Shown here: in pieces, positions 16,689 through 26,217 of the stretch
Layout of the letters: each line of letters starts with the position of its first letter
Position numbering within the stretch: position 1 is the first letter of the stretch
Origin: Nanobdellota archaeon
GTDB lineage: Archaea; Nanobdellota; Nanobdellia; Woesearchaeales; GW2011-AR4
Direction: 5' to 3'
Length of the DNA stretch: 64,000 bases
Assembly (NCBI GenBank): GCA_038046385.1
Contig: JBBSWH010000006.1
Coordinates: forward strand, 125-64,124
Made by a program: the position numbers and the translations under genes
Notes under the pieces: model-generated
What the model saw: only the letters and a program-made list of their open reading frames with translations
What the model was told of the DNA's origin: nothing
Databases searched by the model: none

Positions 16689-17092
16689 AATACTCGTTTC
16701 ATGCTTTTGGGCATAAGAACCTTCTTGGAACACATAAGAATACACTTGAGTTTACAAAAGACAAAAATCTTACATTAAAAGGTGATTGTATTGTTGGTGT
16801 TAATGCTGATTTTGATGCTGGAGAATTAAAGAATTTCATTAAAAACTGCCCAAATAAAAAAATAACAATAACGATAGAGACTTCTGATAAAAAACTGCAT
16901 GAAAAAGTTAATGCTGAACTTAATATGGACTTTGATGATGAACATGAAATTGTCATAAGGAAAACCGATTTTGTGTCAAAAAGAACCTTTGCAGTAAATG
17001 CTGATAAGGCTGCATTTGAGCTTGACAGGAAACTTGTTGATTTTTTAAGGAAAAGCGATGATAAGATAAGGATAATTCTTGAAAGCGCTTAA
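16685..17092 (+). CDS. DUF371-like protein
   Basis: FHAFGHKNLLGTHKNTLEFTKD...LKGDCIVGVNAD pattern as remembered for archaeal DUF371. ATGA overlap with the upstream gene. Confidence 0.5.
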   Translation: MKYSFHAFGHKNLLGTHKNTLEFTKDKNLTLKGDCIVGVNADFDAGELKNFIKNCPNKKITITIETSDKKLHEKVNAELNMDFDDEHEIVIRKTDFVSKRTFAVNADKAAFELDRKLVDFLRKSDDKIRIILESA

Positions 17093-17187
17093 AGGGTAAG
17101 CTTTTTAAAGGGGTATTCACTAGTTAGGGATAACAAGGGGCTAATTGAAGTTTTATAAAAAAACAGATTAGATAGGAAACTGAAGAG

Positions 17188-18588
17188 ATGATAAAACCAA
17201 ATGAAGTGAGCGGGGATGAAGTTACCCAAAGAATGTCTCAGTTCAGATTCTATTCTCAAAGGCAGTTTGAAGATCAGACGGGATATTCTGTGCCATTTTT
17301 ATTCAAAACTTCACTGCTCGCATATGCATTAAGCTATGGAAATCTAAATTATTCTAAAAATCATTCCCCGGTCCACTATAATGATACTGCAACATCTCCC
17401 TGGTTCAGGTTTAAAGAAAGCGGATTCTGGCTTGAGCCAAATGCGATGGTTTTGGCAATGACTCATGATTTGCCGGAAGATATAGGAAAAAATTTATCCA
17501 AGAAAAAAAGCACAACTTATTCTCTTTTAGCATCTTATGTTATAATGGATGTAATCGATTCCGTATTAGCCCGTGAAACTGGGATGGATATTGATGCCCT
17601 CCTTGGGCTTGTAACAAACAAAGGGGAAATAATATTCGGGCCTACTGCCAAGCATTTTGAATCAAGAATTGTTCCAGGGAACGCGTCTGAAGTTGATCCT
17701 ATGGATCTTGTAAGAAGGATTAAATCTGATCATGGAGCCATCCCAAGAAAATGGGGGGCTTTTTACAATCACAATATCAATATGGCTTATACAAGTGTAC
17801 TAAAAAGGCTTGAAAGAACTTTGAATGCGCTTTACAGTCCAGGACATGAAGCCGATTTAAGCCATGATGAAAGAAAATATGTTGGAGATACAATAAGAGA
17901 GTTTGTAAGAACTATAGAGTCAAGGAGAACTGGCAATGAAAAACCAAAAGCAAGAGAACTAAAAGGATTTGTTGACTTCGAATTTGAAAAATTAATACAG
18001 AGGGTTTCTTTTGGAAATTTTGCAGAAATAGACCCGCAATTGGTTCTTCCGTCTTCTTCAGAGACTGTTGTCAGGATTAAAACAACACTTTATGGGGAGT
18101 ATGTAGGAGAGATTATGGATGTGTCAAATGCTCAGCAATATGCAGGAACTGACTTGGATCCTGCTGTAGTAAAATGCGCTGATGCAAGGGATACTGCGTC
18201 AAGGCTTGGACCAAATTTAGACAACATAGTCAATCAATTCAGAAAACATACTATAATACTCGAAAAGGGTGTTGAAGCTGTCAATTACCGAAAAGTAGCT
18301 GGCGTTGGCTATGGCAACCTTGACCGTGCATTGATATTTTTACTTGAAACTTTAAATGAAGCATTAGTTAGCAGAAGGGACACCAAAGAAAGCGAAAAAA
18401 TTGAGAATACGCAATACAAAATTGAGTATGAAACACTTGACTATATGGCATGGCTTATGTCGGGATTAAGGACGCGATTAGGAATGCCTCCCGGATTAGA
18501 TGACATGTTTAAAACCATTCCAAATGATGATAAGATTGCTAGAATAGTTCGTGATGCTATGAAACGGGCAAATGGAAGGCCTGATTAA
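17188..18588 (+). CDS. HD-domain protein resembling the RelA/SpoT (p)ppGpp-hydrolase fold, with a large insertion
   Basis: VLAMTHDLPEDIG (compare LLHDvvEDT) and, about 240 aa later, VVKCADARDTASRLG (compare iKLADRlhNmRtl). A candidate upstream His lies in NHSPVHYND. Coordinates taken from the ORF track. Confidence 0.5.
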   Translation: MIKPNEVSGDEVTQRMSQFRFYSQRQFEDQTGYSVPFLFKTSLLAYALSYGNLNYSKNHSPVHYNDTATSPWFRFKESGFWLEPNAMVLAMTHDLPEDIGKNLSKKKSTTYSLLASYVIMDVIDSVLARETGMDIDALLGLVTNKGEIIFGPTAKHFESRIVPGNASEVDPMDLVRRIKSDHGAIPRKWGAFYNHNINMAYTSVLKRLERTLNALYSPGHEADLSHDERKYVGDTIREFVRTIESRRTGNEKPKARELKGFVDFEFEKLIQRVSFGNFAEIDPQLVLPSSSETVVRIKTTLYGEYVGEIMDVSNAQQYAGTDLDPAVVKCADARDTASRLGPNLDNIVNQFRKHTIILEKGVEAVNYRKVAGVGYGNLDRALIFLLETLNEALVSRRDTKESEKIENTQYKIEYETLDYMAWLMSGLRTRLGMPPGLDDMFKTIPNDDKIARIVRDAMKRANGRPD

Positions 18589-19738
18589 AATGGGAAAGAA
18601 TCCAACAGAACCAAGTTTAATGAGAAATTATTTTGGTCAAGATACAAAAACACATGATTTGGTAGCTGGTATAAGGAGAGGCATTGCTAATGGGAGAATG
18701 CCCAAATTCAGAGATTCTAATATAAAATCTGTCCAAAGAGAAGTTAACAAAAAAATATTAGCCATCGATAGGTCAACTTATCCGTCTGCACAGGATTTGG
18801 ACCATCTTGTATTAAGCGGAGAAAAGAGGAGGGTTGTTCTTCTTGTTACTGGCAGTTTTTATGGTAGAGGAGAGGGTATAGATAGTGTGCTTGGATTTGA
18901 CTTAGGGATTAATCCTAACATGCTATTTGACAAGAAGTATCCTAATGATACAATAGATTCAAGAGTAAGCTTCGATATGACCCAAGGGTATATAACAAGA
19001 AATTTAAGTGAGCTTATGGGGAGGGGCTTCGAGGTGTTTAATGTAAAGAACTCCGCATTCTTTTATATTTCAGATGCACCTCTTAGAAGTTTTGAAAGAG
19101 GTGGGGAAGTGTACATGCCTGCATTAGTGCCGCTGCTTGTTTCTACTAGCCATGTTGGATTGACTCCAGTAAGTGTTCCCTCTTTTGAAGGATATTCTGC
19201 ATCTGGAATTATGCCTTTTACAAGCTACAGGCTTAAAGCTTCATTAGCTGACAAATTGCTTTTTAGGCTTGGATTCGGAGAGATTCACGAAAAGAATGCT
19301 ATACGCGATTGGGCTTCCAATAGGATAGTTGTAGACACAGAAGAAGAGGCAACGAGATTATTTGAATACCTTAAATCATCGCCAACAATAGGAAGGCGCA
19401 GCGCCTCTAAAGTTAAATACCTAAAAGATATGGAAGGGGCTACAAAAGATTACTACGCTAAACCGGAAGAATCAGGATATAGGGCATTTCATATGCCAGT
19501 TAGCGTTACTACAAAAGGCCATTGTGCTGTTTTGAGGGAGATACAGATTGTTGACAGTTTTCAATATTATAGGAATGAAGTTAACTCAAAAGACCCTGCC
19601 CACCATAGCCATCAGAAAAAAAAGAGAGACCATATAAAGTCAAGCGGAGATGCTAATTGTCCAATTGCAGAAGCCCAAAGAGTGCTAGGACTTGCGCTTG
19701 GCCAGAATAATTTCTTTATAGAAGTCAGGCCGTATTAA
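18572..19738 (+). CDS. Protein with a C-terminal RelA/SpoT-synthetase-like nucleotidyltransferase domain and an unknown N-terminal domain
   Basis: Collinear motifs YRLKASLADKL, IRDWASNRIVVDTEEEATRLFEYL, ESGYRAFHMPV, LREIQIVDSFQ and HHSHQKKK. Overlaps the HD gene by 17 nt; alternatively Met7 at 18590 leaves a 1-nt spacer. Confidence 0.6.
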   Translation: MEGLIKMGKNPTEPSLMRNYFGQDTKTHDLVAGIRRGIANGRMPKFRDSNIKSVQREVNKKILAIDRSTYPSAQDLDHLVLSGEKRRVVLLVTGSFYGRGEGIDSVLGFDLGINPNMLFDKKYPNDTIDSRVSFDMTQGYITRNLSELMGRGFEVFNVKNSAFFYISDAPLRSFERGGEVYMPALVPLLVSTSHVGLTPVSVPSFEGYSASGIMPFTSYRLKASLADKLLFRLGFGEIHEKNAIRDWASNRIVVDTEEEATRLFEYLKSSPTIGRRSASKVKYLKDMEGATKDYYAKPEESGYRAFHMPVSVTTKGHCAVLREIQIVDSFQYYRNEVNSKDPAHHSHQKKKRDHIKSSGDANCPIAEAQRVLGLALGQNNFFIEVRPY

Positions 19739-19826
19739 TTTTAGATGTTTTGTTTTTATATAATTTATATAAAAAAGGATGTCAAAACCATAAGATTTAT
19801 ATATAGTGTATTTAAAGTAAGGTACT

Positions 19827-20198
19827 ATGGCTTATCAAACTGTATCACAAACACCTACAAATAAACCTAGTGGGAATTATGGTCATGTAAATACTTACAG
19901 AAGTAATTTAACCAATATGAACTTTGATATTAGAGTTGGAAGTGATGGTGTTATTGTGCTTGGTTTTCCTCATGTGAGTGTGGTTTTACCACAACGTAGA
20001 GCAGATGGCAGTAATGTAACAAAAGATTCTGCAAGTCCAGAAGATGCTGCTAAAATTTTGAAGCAACTTTTAGTAATGACTGGGGTAAGAGAATCGCCCC
20101 CTTTAAATGAAATTTTGGCAGCAGAGGAGCCGCTTATTAGGAGCATATTATCTGATTTGTCTAATTATAGAACACCCGGAACTGAACAAATCAGTTAG
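19827..20198 (+). CDS. Hypothetical protein
   Basis: 123-aa ORF with ATG start and an upstream TATTTAAAG box. No family recognised. Confidence 0.35.
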   Translation: MAYQTVSQTPTNKPSGNYGHVNTYRSNLTNMNFDIRVGSDGVIVLGFPHVSVVLPQRRADGSNVTKDSASPEDAAKILKQLLVMTGVRESPPLNEILAAEEPLIRSILSDLSNYRTPGTEQIS

Positions 20199-20200
20199 AA

Positions 20201-20653
20201 TTACATTGAATTAATTCTTCTCGTCTTTCCTATATAATTCAGAATTTTTCCGTTTGAGTATTTTCCAGAGCCCATGAAATCATTATTATGTTTTATTATG
20301 ACAAAGCCTTTGCAGTCGCATTCTTTCTCTATATCCTCGCCTTTAAGCCACCTTCTTGATTCATTGTCATCAAATTCAACAATATTTTTTGCTGCATGAA
20401 CCCCAACAATCTGGCTGCCTTCTATGCTCAATCTTATTCCCCTGTCATCAACTTCGCAGAAATAAATGCCGACTGAATTTATCCTTAATTTTGAAAAATC
20501 CAAAACAGAAATCTCTTTTGTGACGATAAAAACACGGTCCTTATTGTTCTGCAAAAATCCATAATCCAATTTCAGCTTTGCGCCCCACTGATTTTCAATC
20601 AGGCTGTAGATTCCCTTTATTTCTTTGCTGTTGAGAATTTTTAAGTCTGGCAT
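20201..20653 (-). CDS. PUA-domain protein, NIP7/UPF0113-like (ribosome biogenesis-associated)
   Basis: 150 aa. GIYFCEV..GIRLSIEGSQIVG followed by WLKGEDIE...GFVIIKHNNDFMGSGKY...ILNYIGKTRRI resembles a pre-PUA plus PUA arrangement. Confidence 0.45.
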   Translation of the reverse strand: MPDLKILNSKEIKGIYSLIENQWGAKLKLDYGFLQNNKDRVFIVTKEISVLDFSKLRINSVGIYFCEVDDRGIRLSIEGSQIVGVHAAKNIVEFDDNESRRWLKGEDIEKECDCKGFVIIKHNNDFMGSGKYSNGKILNYIGKTRRINSM

Positions 20654-20792
20654 TTTGTTGGTTGTTTAATTTGAATTGTTTTTATAGATTAATTATTTTA
20701 ATATTATTAGTTTATTGATTTGTTGTTTAATGTTATTAGTTAATGCATTTTTTAAATTGATTTTGTCAATGAGTTTTATTTTATTTCCGTTC

Positions 20793-20842
20793 GGCTTCGC
20801 CTCACACAATTTACGCTCGCTGGCACCATAACCAGCTCGCCA
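20793..20842 (+). repeat. GC-rich intergenic element, copy B
   Basis: GGCTTCGCC ... GCTCGCTGGCACCATAACCAGCTCGCCA. The 28-mer at 20815-20842 is identical to 54324-54351. Confidence 0.7.
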
Positions 20843-20858
20843 ATTATTAATTGATAAT

Positions 20859-22622
20859 TCAAATGCCCCAAACCGGGTTTGTTTTCCTCATTATTTCCGC
20901 TATCTCCTTCAAAGTATCTATCTCTTCCTGTGTCAGAAGCTTCTTGTTTTCCTTGAATTTTCGGAAATGGTCTTCAGGCACGACAGAATACAAAACATCG
21001 TCTTCGTGTATCTGCCTTCCAACTGTGACATTTGGCAATGAAACTGCGATTTGCATTCCTTTCTCTGCCTTTTGCACCGTTTCCTGCTCTTTCTGTATGC
21101 TCTTTGCCTCTGTTATAGGAACGCCGTCTTTCTTCATTAATTGAATTCCTGCTTTTAATGTTCCTGCAAGGACTTCTGCCCCTATTACTGCAGGATTATT
21201 CTGCCTGAAAATGTATCCTCTCAATAGTTTTATCTTGCACGGCCTGCTTAAGAATTCCATTTCTTTTCCTTCAAGCCGTTTCTTTTCTTCTGACTGCCAC
21301 AAACTAAATTCGTCTATGAGCTTGTAGATTATGTTGCTGGAAATCACTTTTACATTCTGCGGTGGTTTTACGTCCTGCATTAGCTCTGCATTGAATCCGA
21401 GGATTGCGCACTGAAGCGGGTCTTTTTCATAGTTTGCCTGGGCATCTGAAACATCTTTTTTTGTTATGTCTCCTATTGACGCTTTTTTAATCTGGATTCC
21501 TTTTTCCCTGAGGAGTTTTATCAAAGCTTCCAGGCTTCCAAGCGAATCTGCTTTTATCACGACACCATTTTTGTCGGTTTCTATTATGACTTCATCAATT
21601 TCTTTTTTTATCTCTTCTTTCACGATTTCAACTTCGGATGGCTTGCAGCTTCTTAACGGCATTCCTGCCACGACCTTATCAAAATCGTTTCCGGATATCT
21701 TAACGCCAGTAGCTGCATAAACCTGCTTTACATTTGTGAATTTTGCTTTTTTGTCTCGCATCTCCATCAAAGGAAGGGGCTCTGATATGGTTTTTACTTT
21801 TGAGACAATCGGCTCATTAAGAGACCCAATTACTATTGTGTCATTCTGCCTTAAAGAGCCATCGTAAATTATAACATCAAGCGTTGTCCCAAGGCCTTTC
21901 TCCTCTTTGACTTCAAGAATAGTTCCTTTTGCGTGGCCTTCCATGTTGACTTCAAGGTCTTTTTCAAGAAATTTCTGTGATAACCCCATCATCACCATAA
22001 AAAGTTCTGACATTCCTTCCTTTGTTTTTGCAGAAATAGGGATTATTGCAATTTGCTTTGTATAATCTTCAACCCTGTCAAAACGCTCTCCGCTTAATCC
22101 AAGCTCGCTTAATCTTCCGACAACTTCATAGTGCTTTTTCTCAAGCATCATGACAACATTTTCTTTCTGCTTCGCTATGTTCTCTATTAATGGCGTATCT
22201 GGATTATGCACCCATCCGGAAATCAGGTCTATTTTATTTAATGCAATTACAAAAGGAGTTTTGTATTGCTTCAGTATGTCAATGCATTCTTCTGTCTGCA
22301 CTTTTATTCCATCATTGACATCAACAACCAGTATTGCCATGTCCGCTAAGTTTCCTCCTCTTTTTCTCAAACTGGTAAAGCTTGCGTGGCCAGGCGTGTC
22401 AATTATTACAAATCCCGGAATTTTGATTTCGAGCTTAAGCTTTTCAAGCAGCTTGCCGCTTATTTTTTTTATGACATCAAGAGGAATTTGAGAACATCCT
22501 ATGCACTGCGTTATCCTGCCCGGCTCTGACTCGACAATAGCGGTATTTCTAATTGTATCCAGAAGCTGTGTTTTGCCAGCATCAACGTTTCCCATTACCG
22601 TGATTATCAATTGGCGTAGCAT
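20859..22622 (-). CDS. infB: Translation initiation factor aIF5B (IF-2 family GTPase)
   Basis: GNVDAGKT (G1), DTPGH (G3), NKID (G4). Length and domain order are typical of aIF5B. Confidence 0.9.
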   Translation of the reverse strand: MLRQLIITVMGNVDAGKTQLLDTIRNTAIVESEPGRITQCIGCSQIPLDVIKKISGKLLEKLKLEIKIPGFVIIDTPGHASFTSLRKRGGNLADMAILVVDVNDGIKVQTEECIDILKQYKTPFVIALNKIDLISGWVHNPDTPLIENIAKQKENVVMMLEKKHYEVVGRLSELGLSGERFDRVEDYTKQIAIIPISAKTKEGMSELFMVMMGLSQKFLEKDLEVNMEGHAKGTILEVKEEKGLGTTLDVIIYDGSLRQNDTIVIGSLNEPIVSKVKTISEPLPLMEMRDKKAKFTNVKQVYAATGVKISGNDFDKVVAGMPLRSCKPSEVEIVKEEIKKEIDEVIIETDKNGVVIKADSLGSLEALIKLLREKGIQIKKASIGDITKKDVSDAQANYEKDPLQCAILGFNAELMQDVKPPQNVKVISSNIIYKLIDEFSLWQSEEKKRLEGKEMEFLSRPCKIKLLRGYIFRQNNPAVIGAEVLAGTLKAGIQLMKKDGVPITEAKSIQKEQETVQKAEKGMQIAVSLPNVTVGRQIHEDDVLYSVVPEDHFRKFKENKKLLTQEEIDTLKEIAEIMRKTNPVWGI

Positions 22623-22644
22623 AGCCTAAAGAAAGAAAAGATTG

Positions 22645-22652
22645 TTTTTAAA
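22645..22652 (+). promoter_or_regulatory. TATA box for trm1
   Basis: TTTTTAAA ends 23 nt before ATG 22675, the same box and spacing as upstream of rnj (54571-54578 / ATG 54601). Confidence 0.45.
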
Positions 22653-22674
22653 CCTATTTATGGGAAAGATTTTA

Positions 22675-23772
22675 ATGCAAAGCGAGCAAACCCATGATAT
22701 GGAAAACACTGTGATGGAAGGCTCTGCAAAAATCAGGATAAAAGAGCAGAAAATAGTATCCAAAGAGATGGGAGTTTTCTACAACCCGGTCATGGGATTT
22801 AACAGGGATGTTTCTGTTTTGCTGCTAGACTCCATTGAAAACAAAAATATGCAGATTGCAGACCCGCTTGCGGCATCCGGAATAAGAAGCATAAGATTTC
22901 TTAAAGAGCTTGGAAAACACAAGATAAAAAATATTTCAATCAACGACTACAATAACGATGCAATAAAATCAATAAAAAATAATTTTAAATTAAATAAAAT
23001 AAAAATCAAGAATAACAAAAAGGTATTGATACATAATGAAGACGCAACGCTTTTTTTGATGAAATCTTCAGGTTTTGACTATATTGACATTGACCCGTTT
23101 GGAACCCCGAATCCTTTTCTTGATGCGGCGTGCAGAAGAATTGCAAGAAACGGGATCTTGGCTGTGACTGCAACTGACACAAGCGCGCTTGCCGGGACTT
23201 TTCCTTCTGCATGCAAAAGGAAATACTGGGCAAATCCTAGAAAAGATGCTATGATGCACGAAACGGGATTAAGAATCCTGATAAGAAAAATCCAGCTGGT
23301 TGGGGCGCAGTATGACAAGGCGCTTGTTCCTATTTTCTCGTATGCAAAAGAGCATTATATGAGGGTATTTTTAAGAAGCGAGAAAGGAAAGCATAAGGCT
23401 GATGATGTTTTGAAGCAGCATGGAATGTTTAATGGAGCTGGACCAATGTGGCTCGGAAAGTTGTGGGATGAAAAGCTTGCATCTGCAATGCATAAAAAAT
23501 CATTAAACAACGAAATTTTCAATAAAAATAAAGAGCTAATTAAATTCCTTCAGACAATAAAGGAAGAATCCAAAATAAATTCTTCTGGTTTTTATGATTT
23601 GCATGAAATTGCTGAAAAAAACAAAATAAATTTGATGCTGAAGAAAGAAGAGATTATCAAAAGAATAAAAAAATCAGGCTATTTGGCTTCAAACACGCAT
23701 TTTGCAGGCACGGGAATAAGAAGTGATATGCCTATGGAAAAACTTGTTAAAATTCTTAAACTGAATCGGTAA
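22675..23772 (+). CDS. trm1: tRNA (guanine26-N2)-dimethyltransferase
   Basis: EGSAKIRI...VFYNPVMGFNRDVSV and DIDPFGTPNPFLDAA motifs. Track start 22642 is TTG and lies within the promoter. ATG 22675 fits leaderless spacing. Alternative ATGs at 22660 and 22699. Confidence 0.85.
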   Translation: MQSEQTHDMENTVMEGSAKIRIKEQKIVSKEMGVFYNPVMGFNRDVSVLLLDSIENKNMQIADPLAASGIRSIRFLKELGKHKIKNISINDYNNDAIKSIKNNFKLNKIKIKNNKKVLIHNEDATLFLMKSSGFDYIDIDPFGTPNPFLDAACRRIARNGILAVTATDTSALAGTFPSACKRKYWANPRKDAMMHETGLRILIRKIQLVGAQYDKALVPIFSYAKEHYMRVFLRSEKGKHKADDVLKQHGMFNGAGPMWLGKLWDEKLASAMHKKSLNNEIFNKNKELIKFLQTIKEESKINSSGFYDLHEIAEKNKINLMLKKEEIIKRIKKSGYLASNTHFAGTGIRSDMPMEKLVKILKLNR

Positions 23773-23805
23773 GATTTAAATAATGAACATTATTCTTCAA
23801 GTGCG

Positions 23806-24252
23806 GTGGTTAATTTGGATTACAAAACACGCTTAAATTTAATGTATGCTGCTTTAGGCTATGAATTAAACAGAATGTTTGAACTGGTTAGGACATCGAG
23901 TGTGCCTGTAGAATTGAGTATACCTGGCGGATTGGAAAATAGTGTTGTAAGTGAAAGAATACCTAATCCTTGGGATATCCCTACAAGAACTTATTCAACT
24001 GGTTTAGAGAGAGCAGTTTCTGCTCAGCCAAAAATCGCGTATGCAGGTTTTAATCCAAATATTGACAGCTCTAAAAAGGGGCACCACAATACTTATCACG
24101 GCGGCAATACCAGAATAGCAAAAAAATTAAATGAGAACAGAGCAAGGAGAAAACCGGCAAGGACCGTCTCAATCAGAAAAATAGGGATGGATGGCAGCAT
24201 TGGTACTGTAAGGGGTATTCCTTTCAAGCAACATAAACATCTTCTCAGATAA
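23806..24252 (+). CDS. Hypothetical basic protein
   Basis: 148-aa ORF with a GTG start 24 nt after the TTTAAATA box (first in-frame ATG at 23842). Lys/Arg-rich C-terminus. No family recognised. Confidence 0.3.
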   Translation: MVNLDYKTRLNLMYAALGYELNRMFELVRTSSVPVELSIPGGLENSVVSERIPNPWDIPTRTYSTGLERAVSAQPKIAYAGFNPNIDSSKKGHHNTYHGGNTRIAKKLNENRARRKPARTVSIRKIGMDGSIGTVRGIPFKQHKHLLR

Positions 24253-24260
24253 AAAGAAAG

Positions 24261-24539
24261 CTACCCGATAGTCCTTCTGACATCTGTGCATTCAACAGAT
24301 TCAACACCATTTAGCTGACTTATCTTGTTTTCAAGCGCTTCTGTGCTGCCCTTGCTTTCGTCCATCAGGAACATTATCTTTAATGCTTTTAATCCGAATG
24401 CAATGGGCTCTATTACTACCTTGAATTCAGAAGAATCACAAAAATCCACTATTTCTTTCTTAATGCTTGCTTCAAGCTGCGTCAAGTCGAAAGAGGGATC
24501 GTTCGGCATTATCTTAAAAGTTACAACTATCCTGGCCAT
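24261..24539 (-). CDS. ef1b: Elongation factor 1-beta (aEF-1beta)
   Basis: About 90 aa. MARIVVTFKIMPNDPSFDL... is a typical aEF-1beta N-terminus. Conserved neighbourhood with the Zn-ribbon gene. Confidence 0.8.
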   Translation of the reverse strand: MARIVVTFKIMPNDPSFDLTQLEASIKKEIVDFCDSSEFKVVIEPIAFGLKALKIMFLMDESKGSTEALENKISQLNGVESVECTDVRRTIG

Positions 24540-24540
24540 C

Positions 24541-24723
24541 TTAGTTTGGTCCTGTAAACCCGCATTCGCTGCACTTGTACTTAGAAGAAATCTTCCTGCA
24601 ATGGTTGCATCTTACGATTTCAACTTTGCCGCACTTTGGGCACATGAATCTTGTAGACCCTAATGTGTTTGTTATGCTCTTTTTGCATGCACTGCATACT
24701 GCTTTTTCTGCCATATTACCCAT
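24541..24723 (-). CDS. Zn-ribbon protein of the family usually linked to aEF-1beta (COG2888-like)
   Basis: Four CxxC pairs: CSAC, CPKC, CNHC, CSEC. Ends with CGFTGPN. Confidence 0.65.
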   Translation of the reverse strand: MGNMAEKAVCSACKKSITNTLGSTRFMCPKCGKVEIVRCNHCRKISSKYKCSECGFTGPN

Positions 24724-24756
24724 TGGGATAAGATTTTGATTTAAAAAGGTTGTTGT

Positions 24757-25860
24757 TTATTGGCTGTTTACAGAAATAATACCTGTTTTTTCATCTGTTT
24801 TGAAGATGCTGCCGAGAAACTGCTCTATGGAGTATACATTAGTCATCGCGTGGCTGGTTATTTTTGATGCCTTTATGCTTGAACTGGGAAGAAGGGCCAT
24901 AAAAGGGAGTATTTGGTCTGCAAGGTGACTATCGACAGGAGCTTTGCTTTCTATTTCTGCAATAAGGGAATTTGCTGTTTCTTCACCTATCAGCTCTGCT
25001 TTTATTCCTTTTTCTCCAAGACGGTCGCAGCCTATCCTGATTGGGTTAAATTCATCAATATCATTCTTGTTTTTTGAGAATATTGCCCATAAAGTTATTC
25101 CGGAGCCTGTTGAGGGTGTATTTTGATATTCTGAGGATATCTTAATGGGAGCATTATATTTTTCAGCAAGAATTTGTTGCGCAGAATGCGCCTGGCGCTC
25201 TGCAACGCGTGCATTTTCAAGATCCGATGATGCATGTGAAACGCCTTTAATCTGGATTAAATGATGCTGTTCTGTCAACTCTATCGGACGCACATTTTCA
25301 TTCAGATTTTTTTGAAATTCACCGAAGCTTTCGAAGCTGTTAAATTTGAATTTTTGATTTATTTTTATTTCTATTTTTCCGCTTCCTTTTGGGTAATACC
25401 CTCTTTTCAGCAGCTTGGCTTCTATTTTTGCAAACCTCTGCAGCTGCGGGACAAGAACATTTGCCATATAATCAAAAGAGGGGCTCCATGAGACGTCTGT
25501 GCCGCCCGTTATTGTGATTGTCATCGGCTTGCTTGCAAAAATGCACGGAAGAAAAAGAGACTGCATAAGCAAAGTTGCAGAGCCTGCAGTTCCAATGTCT
25601 ATGTCGAGGTTTTTTGCAGTTAATTTTCTTGGTAGGAATTTTATGCTTAATGAGCCAAGCTCGTCTCCTTCAACTTCAGGATTGCACAGCTGCTTTAATG
25701 CCTTAATTCCGTGAAGGTGCTGGCTTTTTAATCCTGGATTTTCGCGGCCTTTTCTTATATCTGAAACTTCAAAGCCTTTTTGCGCCAGTGCGGAAATGGC
25801 AAGAGAAGTGCGCACTATCTGGCCTCCGCCTTCAAGATAATTGCCATTAATTTTAATCAT
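24757..25860 (-). CDS. rtcA: RNA 3'-terminal phosphate cyclase
   Basis: GGGQIVRTSLAISAL and RENPGLKSQHL motifs; length about 365 aa. Confidence 0.85.
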   Translation of the reverse strand: MIKINGNYLEGGGQIVRTSLAISALAQKGFEVSDIRKGRENPGLKSQHLHGIKALKQLCNPEVEGDELGSLSIKFLPRKLTAKNLDIDIGTAGSATLLMQSLFLPCIFASKPMTITITGGTDVSWSPSFDYMANVLVPQLQRFAKIEAKLLKRGYYPKGSGKIEIKINQKFKFNSFESFGEFQKNLNENVRPIELTEQHHLIQIKGVSHASSDLENARVAERQAHSAQQILAEKYNAPIKISSEYQNTPSTGSGITLWAIFSKNKNDIDEFNPIRIGCDRLGEKGIKAELIGEETANSLIAEIESKAPVDSHLADQILPFMALLPSSSIKASKITSHAMTNVYSIEQFLGSIFKTDEKTGIISVNSQ

Positions 25861-25907
25861 AAAAATAAAAAGAAGCCAGGTAAATTATAAACTTTGCCGA
25901 AAATAAA

Positions 25908-26141
25908 TCAGATTGTCTGGATTTCGTTTAAAGCTGCATCGGTGTCGCTTGATGTGTCATCCACATTCAGGTCATCTCCAAGCGTTCCTGCATCTGATAA
26001 TCCTCCGCCAAGATCAACTGGCTGGTCTGCTGCAGCTGGCTCTTGTGCTGCTGCCTGTTCCTGCACCTGGGCTTTTTGGCCGCATGCCGCCATTATTGCC
26101 GATATCACCAATAACAATACTAACACTGTTTTTTTGTTCAT
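25908..26141 (-). CDS. Small secreted/lipoprotein-like acidic protein
   Basis: MNKKTVLVLLLVISAIMAACG (signal peptide with lipobox-like AAC), then an A/Q/D-rich tail. The plus-strand ORFs here are shadows. Confidence 0.45.
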   Translation of the reverse strand: MNKKTVLVLLLVISAIMAACGQKAQVQEQAAAQEPAAADQPVDLGGGLSDAGTLGDDLNVDDTSSDTDAALNEIQTI

Positions 26142-26217
26142 GATTATACCTCTTTAATTGATTTATTATCGCTTATTATTTAAGCTTTTCCCATATTAAA
26201 AAATAAAAATAAAAAAA

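Noticed and set aside
17187-17282. By my manual count the ATG of the HD-domain ORF falls at 17187, and the G-run at the 17280/17281 line break seemed one base too long for the published translation, suggesting a frameshift.
   Set aside because: Downstream codons (for example His93 at 17464) agree with the computed ORF track, so I attribute this to my own counting or reading error and use the track coordinates.
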